Shown here: in pieces, positions 8,788-17,500 of the stretch
Layout: each line of letters begins with the position of its first letter
How positions within the stretch are numbered: position 1 is the stretch's first letter
Source of the DNA: an uncultured Puniceicoccaceae bacterium
GTDB lineage: Bacteria; Verrucomicrobiota; Verrucomicrobiia; Opitutales; Opitutaceae
Assembly: GCA_963933925.1 (NCBI GenBank)
Contig: CAWVWU010000001.1
Location: 1,231-65,230 of the forward strand
Reading direction: 5' to 3'
DNA length: 64,000 nt
Notes under the pieces: model-generated
The model's database searches: none
Seen by the model: only the letters and a program-made list of their open reading frames with translations
What the model was told of the DNA's origin: nothing
Position numbers and translations under genes: made by a program

Positions 8788-9762
8788 CTATTTGTCGCAG
8801 CATTTTTTGTATTTCTTTCCGCTACCGCAGGGGCAGGGGTCGTTGCGACCGACTTTGGGGGTGTCTCTAATGAAGGGTTGGTTGGAGGTCTCAGTAGGTG
8901 TGGAAAATGTGGGAAGGGGTTCCTCGTCGAAATTGTCCTCTTCGAGGTCTTTGTCTTCATCGAGATCGGTATCTTTGAATATTTCGTCGTAGAACTCTTT
9001 TTCTTTTTTAGCGGAGGCTTCGGTGAAGCAGTGCCAGGTTGAGAGTTCTTCGTGGGGGTGTTTTAGGAGGCGAAAAGTATTATCGGGAGAGTCTATTGGA
9101 TCCTTCTTTTGGAAGGCTTCTTCTATCTGTTCTTGGGAGTAGAAAGGCATGAAAGGGAAGCCTATTTCGTATTGGTCTTTTATGTGGGGGATGTGCTCTT
9201 CGATGAGAAAGGAGGTGGAGAGCTGTATGGCTGTGTTGCGGAGAACTTCGGGGGCGTCTTTGAGGGTGGATGTGTAGAGAGAATCTAAGTACGAAGTGAG
9301 GATGTCTCGGGAGATTTGTTTGTGGTGATGCAGGATGCCGATGGCACCGAGGGCGGCACTTCGGGAGTATTCGGTGACCCCGTCGTCGTCGACAAGAGCA
9401 TAGAGCTCTAGGGGTGAATCGAAGAAGCAGGCTGCCAGGATTTTGTCGAAGCCTTCACTTATAATGTCGTCGAATTCGTCTTCGGCTTCTTGGCTGTGGG
9501 CTATTTTCGAGAGGACGGTGCGGGCGGAGGTTTCTTTAAAGTGGCCAAGGAGATAGAAGGCGTAGAAGTGAAGCATGTAGTCGTCTTCAAATAATTCGTC
9601 GGGGTCTTCGAGTAGACTGCGTTCGAGGGCTTTGATGAGGTGGGGGATCGCTTCATCTTTACGATCGATGACGGCTTGAATATCATCTGCGGGATAGGGC
9701 CGTTTTAGGGAATAGATTTTTTGAAGGAAATCCGGGAGAGATTCGTAGAATTCTAATGGCAT
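8788..9762 (-). CDS. DUF1186-domain protein with C-terminal SEC-C motif
   Basis: [17 protein letters not shown]-terminal domain, acidic linker, [20 protein letters not shown]. Confidence 0.8.
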   Translation of the reverse strand: MPLEFYESLPDFLQKIYSLKRPYPADDIQAVIDRKDEAIPHLIKALERSLLEDPDELFEDDYMLHFYAFYLLGHFKETSARTVLSKIAHSQEAEDEFDDIISEGFDKILAACFFDSPLELYALVDDDGVTEYSRSAALGAIGILHHHKQISRDILTSYLDSLYTSTLKDAPEVLRNTAIQLSTSFLIEEHIPHIKDQYEIGFPFMPFYSQEQIEEAFQKKDPIDSPDNTFRLLKHPHEELSTWHCFTEASAKKEKEFYDEIFKDTDLDEDKDLEEDNFDEEPLPTFSTPTETSNQPFIRDTPKVGRNDPCPCGSGKKYKKCCDK

Positions 9763-9988
9763 GGGATGTGGATGGTAAAAGTGAATGAGAAGCGTTTGTA
9801 GGGGATGAAAGCAAATGGAACGAGATCGTCAATGAGGACTGCGGTTTTTCTATGAGGGGAAGAGCCTTTAAATTGAGATCATTTGTGTGAGTAGAGCGAG
9901 TTTGGAAAGGATTTGGGGGCATTGGCCATTACCGAAATGCGCGGGATTGATTTGGAGGTGTAAGATCCGTCGTCTCTCTATCGAGCTT

Positions 9989-10080
9989 CAGTCTTCGCTC
10001 AAAGAGCTACGCCCCGACAGGATGCCGAGACTGGGAGAGATTTGGTTTCAGATTTCGCTCTCTGAGCTACGACCGACAGG
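9989..10080 (+). repeat. Two tandem REP-like units, 60 nt apart
   Basis: CAGTCTTCGCTCAAAGAGCTACGCCCCGACAGG (9989-10021) and CAGATTTCGCTCTCTGAGCTACGACCGACAGG (10049-10080). Confidence 0.7.
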
Positions 10081-10194
10081 GTGCTATTGTTTTAACAGCT
10101 GAGGAGGCTAAGGGTCACGGAGGATCTTGATTCGGTTGCGGTTTTGGGGGAACCACGGATTGAGACGGATGTGGGTTTGAGCCTTTGAGAAAGG

Positions 10195-11199
10195 CTATTT
10201 GGATAGGTTATTTATTTCTGCTTCTAGTTCAGTTAATCCGGCAACGATTTTTTCAAACGATGGACGCCGCCCGAAGATCATATCCTGCATGGCTGAATAA
10301 TCTTTGCCCATTGCGTTGAGAATATTGCTTGGCGGTATTAGTTTAAAGGTGCTCGGTTTTGCGGCATCATAGTTTGCCCAGGTTCTCGGGTAGAATCTCT
10401 TCTTAAAAAGAACCACATCATGCAGAAGGGGTAAGTTGCCTAACGCGTCCGACTTCAGCTGTTTATCTGAAGCCATCAGATGGAGGTCGTAATAGTGTCG
10501 GGAGTATCGCTCGGGAATGACTGAAGATTCGGGGCGGTGCGCTTCGTGATGTAGGATAGTCGCCTTTTCCCAGAAGGTGCGTTCGGCATCGATTGCACGA
10601 ACAGGGCAGATCGGGTCGTCGAATTGATCTGGGAAATCCTCGGCAGCGTAGGGTGTAATCGTATGCTCCGAATGCGGCAGCCAAGATGCCAATGGACCGA
10701 TTTCCAATTGAATGTATGGCAAAAGGCCACTCGTATCCACTGTATGAGGATAGGCAATGCGAACGACATGCCCTTGATCCTTTTCACCGGCTTTCACTTC
10801 CAGTTCGCAATGCGAGCCGAGTGCGTCTCTCAGGAGCGGCAACATTTTTTTGGTGATATGCTCCCGGGCCTTTTCGTTCAGCTCCTCATTGAGCTTTTGC
10901 TGTTTCGTCTTTGACCGTTCACCCATCGGGTCTTGTTCGCCGCTCGCTATTCTCCAATCTAGAACCAAGTCGATGTCTTCGGAAAAGCGGTCGATGAGTC
11001 CGTAGACCTTCGATAGGCTGGTGCCGCCTTTGAAGATTAGTTGTTTTGAAAGCTCTGGGTGCTCGAACAAGTGCTTCAGCGTCCAGCAGACCCAGAAGTC
11101 CTTTTCCACGATGGCACTCGTTCCCATTCCGCGCTGTTACGCCGTCACCATAAACAGTTCATTGCGATCTTTCGCCGAGAGTGCCGCAACGCGATTCAC
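10195..11199 (-). pseudogene. abiEii: AbiEii-family nucleotidyltransferase toxin with in-frame TAA at codon 21
   Basis: GTG start 11199 overlaps the antitoxin TGA; MNRVAALSAKDRNELFMVTA*QRGMGTSAIVEKDFWV...FKGGTSLSK...RFSEDIDL...ERTFWEK...RHYYDL. Confidence 0.85.
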
Positions 11200-11807
11200 G
11201 ATGCGTTCTCCTTGGCTATGGTTCGTATGATATCAGACACCCAAGCGGGAGCCGTTTTTGTGTCTCGAAGGATTTTATCCCACTTGGGCGAGGTGATCGC
11301 GTCCTGAAGCTTCTTTCGAATGCCTGCAGTGATGCGATCTTGTCCCAAAGCCTTTAGCGCCTGAACGACTAGTTCGCTTTCGCCGTGTTTGAATCCGGAT
11401 TCTTTTAAGATCCGTTTTTTGAATGCCAGTTCTCGTTTTCCGATCGCAAAGGTTTTACTGGGCCCATCGGACAAGTAAATTGCTTGAGCTGGAACCTGTG
11501 TTGAAAGTCCCAGAATATTGAGTGCTGTATTTTCAGAAGGCTGTATGCGCCAACCCGATTTGCGTGCCAGGGCCTGGGCTACTTGCTTAATATCTGGTTC
11601 CATCGGACCGTTGATCAGTTTGCTTGTTCGAGGGTAGTCGTATAAGCCGAGCAGTACCCTTCGAATCGTCCCCTTGGCTTCCAAGTTCGTCAGCGCCTTG
11701 CGGGCAGAATCGTCGCTTCCAATATCCAAAAAATCGTTTTTAGAAAATGCCCAACCCCTATGATTGGCATAAATTCTCTTAACTATCTTGTTTTCAATGG
11801 ATTCCAT
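11196..11807 (-). CDS. AbiEi-type antitoxin (DUF6088-like)
   Basis: N-terminal HTH (ARKALTNL...IRRVLLGLYDYP), ALNILGLSTQVP; coupled to AbiEii. Confidence 0.8.
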   Translation of the reverse strand: MESIENKIVKRIYANHRGWAFSKNDFLDIGSDDSARKALTNLEAKGTIRRVLLGLYDYPRTSKLINGPMEPDIKQVAQALARKSGWRIQPSENTALNILGLSTQVPAQAIYLSDGPSKTFAIGKRELAFKKRILKESGFKHGESELVVQALKALGQDRITAGIRKKLQDAITSPKWDKILRDTKTAPAWVSDIIRTIAKENAS

Positions 11808-11902
11808 CGTTTTAATATGGTCTAAAAATTCACAGATTGCACGGCTATTTTGTGAAATTATTTAAGCGATTTTATACGGAGGATGGAGCCTGCGGTAAAT
11901 GA

Positions 11903-11930
11903 TGAATTATGAATGCTGAGGTCTGAGTTT
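11903..11930 (+). repeat. TGAA-led heptamer repeat x4
   Basis: TGAATTA TGAATGC TGAGGTC TGAGTTT. Confidence 0.6.
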
Positions 11931-12020
11931 TGTTTAGGTGTATTTTCAGAGGTGTTTCAATTGAGGGGGGAGGTGTTTTTTGTCTAGAAATTACCTTGGG
12001 AGCGGTGGGTTTGGAGGTTT

Positions 12021-12401
12021 AGAACCGTCCCGCTTAGGGGGAAATGCGAATACATGCGTACCGAGGCTGTAAGCCGACACATGAGGATCCCGCATGCGGG
12101 AGACGAAATATGATGAGGATGTTTTTGTTTAACCGTCCCGCTTAGCGGGATAAACTAAAGGCAGATTAGAAATTTGGTGGTTTTTTAACCGCCCATCCGC
12201 AATGCGGATTCGAAGACGCTACTTCGACTTTGCTCAGTACAGGTAAGGTCGCGAAGATTGAGAAGTGTTTTGGGGATTTCTTAGGTTGTGCTATTTTTTT
12301 TGACCACGAATTAGACGAATTAGACGAATCTTGATGTGGTTGTTATGGTTGTGTGTTTTTAACCGCTAAATTCACTAAAGGACGCTAAGGTCGCAAAGAG
12401 G
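12021..12401 (+). repeat. Array of five AACCRC + 9-10-nt periodic elements, three with nested hairpins
   Basis: Units at about 12021, 12127, 12181, 12290 and 12348, e.g. GACCACGAATTAGACGAATTAGACGAATC. Confidence 0.7.
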
Positions 12402-12606
12402 TATGTTTCTTTCTCTGGTTGTGGGTGTTTGCCCGTGCGTCGCCCTTTGGGATATGCAGGGTTCGAGCTTTGCTCGAAGGGGGTGAAGATGATGTCCATC
12501 GACGCACTTCGTTTGCTGCTTCGACTGAGCTCAGCACAAGTCAGGATTTTCGAGAGGGTGATCTGTTGGGCTTCTTTGCTTTGAAAATGTTCTTGGACGC
12601 TTTGGT

Positions 12607-12731
12607 GGGTGTCGTGTTCTTTGAGTTCTTTGGAGAGGATTAGGCGGTAGCGGGGATCAAGGCGATAGTTTGGGGCCTTTCGTTTTTTGTTATAACATTA
12701 CGAGCTGGCTCCTTTTTGCGAGCGGACCGAG
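12607..12731 (+). repeat. Direct repeat A copy 1 (ends in J motif copy 8, 12688-12731)
   Basis: ...TTTGAGTTC.TTGGAGAGGATTAGGCGGTAGCGGGGATCAAGGCGAT.GTTTGGGGCCTTTCGTTTTT..., matches 14389-14511. Confidence 0.95.
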
Positions 12732-12814
12732 TCCCGACCTTGTTTTACCTCAAGTATTATAGCCAAGGTTTCTCGCGAACGTTCAGGGAGTTCATCTTTT
12801 GAACTGAGTGCGTA

Positions 12815-14200
12815 TTAAGCTACGGAATCCAAAGTAGAAGTGATCGCGTCTAGGTTTTTCTGGGCGGTTTTGCGGAGGTCGGAGAACAGGTGGGCTTCTG
12901 CGATGAAACGGGACCAGAATCGTTGGGCAGCTTGAGCAGCGGGGATCCAGGTTGGGAGTTCTTCGGGGCGTGGAGGGTGGACTTCGATTGGGCGAGTGGG
13001 GAGGTCGCCGGTGCGTTGAGGAGCGTACCGCATCGGTAGCATGTCGTAAATGGGACAGAGCTTGAGGGGGAGTTCTGGAGTTAGGAAGAGGCTGAGGTTC
13101 CCTAGATGTCTGTCGGAGTTGCCAATGAGGCGGCCAAAGTGGTCGAAGGTGGCTATGTGGTCGGCGTCGGTTTGGCTAAGCCAGGATTTCTGGACGAGGG
13201 TTTGAGATGAGAGTGTCCAGGATTGGTCGAGTGGCTCGCCGAGTCCAGCGAGGACGGTGCGTAGCATGAGTGTGGGGATGCGGCCGTGACGTCCTGATCG
13301 GTCGAAGCGTTCGACCTCGAGAAAGGTTCGCTGATTTGTCGGGACAAATTCTGTCAGAGGGCTGGGTAAGCCAATATTGGCAAGTTCTTCGGAAGCGATG
13401 GCTTCGGCTTTTAGGAGGTCGGCCCAACGGCGACCTGCATCGGTTTGGAGTGAGCCGGAGAATTTTACGATTACGTGGCGGAAGCGATCGTCTGAGGTAC
13501 GAATGCAGGCTGTTAATTTGGGTTGTTCTCCGCCGGCGGAAGAGTTGGGGAGGTCGTCTCCTTCAGATATGTTGTGAGCGATGAGTTCGTAGCTTCTTCT
13601 TCGGTCGGCTTCGTCAATGAATGGGGACTGACTTTTAGCTTGGAGGAAAGTGTCTATCGCTTGGCCGCCAAGGATGAAATGTCCTGGGGTATCGTTGCCG
13701 TGTGAGAGGATTGCGGTAAGGGCTTCGTCGATATTCCAGTTTTCAGGATTGGTCCCGATCCTGAGAGTTGGGCCATGGGTGTGAGCGAGCAGGCGGCCGA
13801 GGTAGCCCTGTGGTCGCATGTCGTCTAGAAACCATGGGAGGTCAGGAAATAGATGGGGGTGGTCCTCGCCGTTGAGGAGGTAGGCGTAGTCTTCATTATT
13901 CCCTTTCGGCTCAAGATAGAATTCGCCTTGATGGAGTGCATGGAGTGTCGCAGCTACCTGTGCCTGGCCGGTCTTGTCGATTTGGTAGAGGTTCCAGCTC
14001 GAGTCCTTGTCGTTGAGACGCCGTTGGAGGGCGTAGCGGGCTCGGCGTGTTCGGCCGATTCGGAGGATGTTTTTGGAGGCTCCGAGTGCTCGGGAAACGG
14101 TGGGCTGGCTAACCCCTAGCTGGCGGGCGATGTCCGATGAGGACATTGAGCCTTGGCTGGCGAGGAGGCGTTCGATGGGTATTGTGTGTTTTTGATTCAA
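12815..14200 (-). CDS. yjjJ: HipA-like kinase with N-terminal HTH (YjjJ/HipH type)
   Basis: N-terminal HTH (DIARQLGVSQPTVSRAL), PWFLDDMRPQGYLGR, SSAGGEQPK, VKFS, ERFDR, GNSDRHLGN, PIYDMLPM. Confidence 0.85.
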   Translation of the reverse strand: MNQKHTIPIERLLASQGSMSSSDIARQLGVSQPTVSRALGASKNILRIGRTRRARYALQRRLNDKDSSWNLYQIDKTGQAQVAATLHALHQGEFYLEPKGNNEDYAYLLNGEDHPHLFPDLPWFLDDMRPQGYLGRLLAHTHGPTLRIGTNPENWNIDEALTAILSHGNDTPGHFILGGQAIDTFLQAKSQSPFIDEADRRRSYELIAHNISEGDDLPNSSAGGEQPKLTACIRTSDDRFRHVIVKFSGSLQTDAGRRWADLLKAEAIASEELANIGLPSPLTEFVPTNQRTFLEVERFDRSGRHGRIPTLMLRTVLAGLGEPLDQSWTLSSQTLVQKSWLSQTDADHIATFDHFGRLIGNSDRHLGNLSLFLTPELPLKLCPIYDMLPMRYAPQRTGDLPTRPIEVHPPRPEELPTWIPAAQAAQRFWSRFIAEAHLFSDLRKTAQKNLDAITSTLDSVA

Positions 14201-14388
14201 AATGAATAAAACTATGAATAGTTTAAGTCACTTATAGTCAATGATAATAGAGCTATATATGTATGTTATATGAATAGATTATTGAAGAAATGATATTTCC
14301 TCCCTTTGGAACATAAAAAATGTGCAAACGTACATTTTGAAACAAGACATTCGACGATCCTCTGACTGCCCGTGTAAGGGCTGGTACG

Positions 14389-14511
14389 GGGTGTAGTGCT
14401 CTTTGAGTTCCTTGGAGAGGATTAGGCGGTAGCGGGGATCAAGGCGATCGTTTGGGGCCTTTCGTTTTTGTTAAAACATTACGACCCGACCCCTTTTGCG
14501 AGCGGAGCGAG
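14389..14511 (+). repeat. Direct repeat A copy 2 (ends in J motif copy 9, 14469-14511)
   Basis: Matches 12607-12731. Confidence 0.95.
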
Positions 14512-14597
14512 CCTCTGCGTCGAGAGTTCAGACTCGTGCCAGGATTTGAGGGGCTGTTGCCGGTCGGTTGCCATCTATCAAGATTTAAGAGCTGTCC

Positions 14598-17500
14598 CTA
14601 TTTTTTTGGGAGTCGAGAAAGAGACGGTGGATTGGGGGTCTTGTAGTATACTTCGCAAATGGGGATTCCCCATTCTGTTTGGTGGAGAGCGTTTTTGGCA
14701 TGGTCGTTCTCTCCGTCGCTGGATTTCCTGATGTGGATTCCAATGACGGTCACTTTCAGGATACCATCGATCCGTCTACGCCAGTTTTCGACTCCTTTTC
14801 TGGATAGACAGGCGACCGTTATGCCCTCGTCGTTCCTTATTTCAATTCGGACCTGTTCCTCAGGTGTCGAATAAGAATGTAAGTGAACGAGCTCGTTGGT
14901 TTGAAGTCTCTCTATTGCTAGCAGGCTTCCGTTTCCGTTCCGGCGTGTAGCCGCGAAATCGATCCACAGTTCGTCTAGGCTTAGCAGACTACATCTAATT
15001 TCGAGCTTATCTGCGGATGATCGATCGGTGTCTATTCGTCGTTCGATCGTGTCAGGAGAAACTATTTCTTCGACGAATCTGTTTCCGGATTCATTGAGCC
15101 GAACGATGGCCAAAGATTTTTTAGCGCGCGTCATCGCCACGTAGAAGATTCGCCGCTCTTCCTCGATCTCACGCCGGGAGTTCGTTCTTGGGTTCCAGGC
15201 TCCGTCCAGAATGAATACGTGATCGAATTCGAGGCCCTTTGCCTTGTGGGCAGTCGATAGCCGAACGCCTTCGCGGGAGGAGTTTCTGTCCTTCTCGGTA
15301 ACCATTTCGCTAAAGAAAAGGTCTATGTCGGCTACCCGTTGTTCGGTTCCTCCAGTTTCGCCGTAAAACGAGCTCGCGATACTTTCGAGGACTTGTCCAT
15401 GGGGGTCGTTCAGGTCGTTGGTTGAAAGGAAATCCCGAAGCTTCTCCTGAAGCTGTACTCCAGTCCAGAATTCGTCTCTCTTAGCCTTTAGGGACTCGAT
15501 CCAGCGATGGATCGTCCTTGCCCGCCTGAGTCTAGGCATGCCCTCTTCCCCGAGGATCGCGACGGCCACGCCGGCGTCCTCCAGGATCAGTCGCACAATG
15601 GTCAGTGCCTGGTTGGTGCGGGCGAAAACGCAGAAGTCTTTCCAATCAGCATCCACTAGGATACCCTTGAGGCGGAATATCTCCGCAACGCAGGCTTCCG
15701 CTTGGTGCACTCTACCATCGGCTTCGATAATCTGTACCCGTCCTTTTGCGATCGGATCTAGTTCTTCCAGTATCCCGCCAGCGTGCTCGGCTCGCCGATC
15801 TCGATTCCGCTGGATGGGGTATTCGATCTTCATCCGATCCTTGTTGAGCGAAATCAGATGATTGGAAGCAGCTATGATATTTTCGGTCGATCGGTAGTTC
15901 TCGATTAGGTAGTGACGTTCGATGAAACTCGACTCGTTACCACCTTCGCCAACGCTATTTGCGTAGTCCGTTTCGTAGCGGCGTATGAATTCGACGTTCG
16001 CTCCCGCGAATCCGTATATGCTCTGGTCGTCATCGCCGACTGCCATGATGCTTAGCTTGTCCTCTTCCGATTCCTTCGACTTTCCCGCGATGAGGGAGAC
16101 CAGTTCGTATGCGTCCGGCCCGATGTCCTGGTATTCGTCTACGAGGATGTGGGTGAGGTTTCCGACCAGCTTTTCGCGGAATTCGTCCGCCTCCATTCCG
16201 ATCGGCACCTCTTCGCTTTTCAGCATTCGATTGGCCGCAGGGATAAGCTCTTCGAATGAAAGTTTTCCATCTCCTACTCCTTCGTCGAGGTCGGCCATGG
16301 TTCGGCCTAGGATCTTCAGGGCCAAGCCGTGGAAGGTCTGAATCGTAACCGCCGAGGCATCCTTTTCAACAAGTCCCCAAAGGCGGCGGCGAATATCGAG
16401 CGCCGCGAATCGGTTGAAGCACAGAATGACGATGCCTTGGCCTCTCACTCTGTCCACGCGTAGCAACCACGCGCACCTATGTACGATAACGCGCGTCTTG
16501 CCTGAGCCAGGACCGGCTAGAGTGAGAATGTTATTCCGCTCCCGAGAGGCGACAATAGCCTGTTGTTTGGGATTGCCGAGGCTTTCGTAAATCTTGCGGT
16601 AGGACTCTATTCCTGTCGCATACTCCAGATACTTTTCCTTTCCCGTAAAAAACCGTTTGATGAACCGGTCGCCCTCCATTCGGAAGTACTCTTTAATGAA
16701 GTGCAGATGCGTCCCGATTTCCTTGATGCCCTTGTTGGCATACTCTCCGATAATGTGGACTTGCAGGATCTTCTCCACGAAATGTACTGCGAGCGGTGCA
16801 TAGTCTCCGTTGGTAAACAAGCGCGCCCGTCGCCCTTTTTTGTGATCCTTCAGGTACAAGGTCATGGCAGAGGTGATGAGCGACTTGCCCTGCTGCAGCT
16901 CTATGACCTTGCTGTCGTGCATCCAAAGCAACGCGTGGTGCAGCGCTTCCGGAAGGCTCTTAACTTGCTTGGCAATTCCGGACAAGTCTCCGACCACATG
17001 ATCGACGAGCTCCGATTCGCTAAACGAAACGATATCGTCCGGTCTTGTTTCGTGCTTAGATTGTAGCAGGTCGAGTATCAGAGCCGCGAGATCCCTTCGG
17101 ATCGCCGAGAGGCGAAGTACTTCGTCCCATGTGCTCCGGAGAAGGAACTTCATCGTATCGGATGAGGATTGGCTGACTTCGACTCCCGGTATGCCGTTTT
17201 CGAGTTTGGTCCAATCGTCTCTAAGGTACTTGACCGTTCTCCCTAACGTATCGGCGTGGGACCGAAGCCCGCTTCGGCAAAGCGCCTCGTTCGCCTTGCG
17301 AAGGTTCAGAATACAGGCGCCATCCACTGCAGGTTCCTCGACTTGCATGAGCTTAATAAGCGCGGCTTCCAGTTGCGAGAGGAGCAGGAGCTTCTTCGAC
17401 GGGCTTTGGTTTCCTGATTGTAGAAACGCAGTGAAGAGCAGGTCCTTCTTCAGCAGCGCTGCTTCGGGTTTCGCCATCTCGTTCAAGACCCGGAATACCA

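Noticed and set aside
12021-12401. CRISPR array (also 38869-39017)
   Set aside because: The heads are degenerate and of unequal length, the spacers are internally periodic, and there are no cas genes.
627-14511. Classical integron (attC array)
   Set aside because: Only rsuA has RYYYAAC (ACCTAAC) right after its stop, and its partner is TTTAGGC, not GTTRRRY. An ATCCAAC after DUF1186 has no partner. The J copies lack long bottom-strand hairpins and no IntI is present.
4479-14511. J as Xer dif/pdif sites
   Set aside because: CGTAATGTTATAAC resembles a XerC arm plus spacer, but no TTATGTTAAAT-like XerD arm is present at 6-nt spacing.
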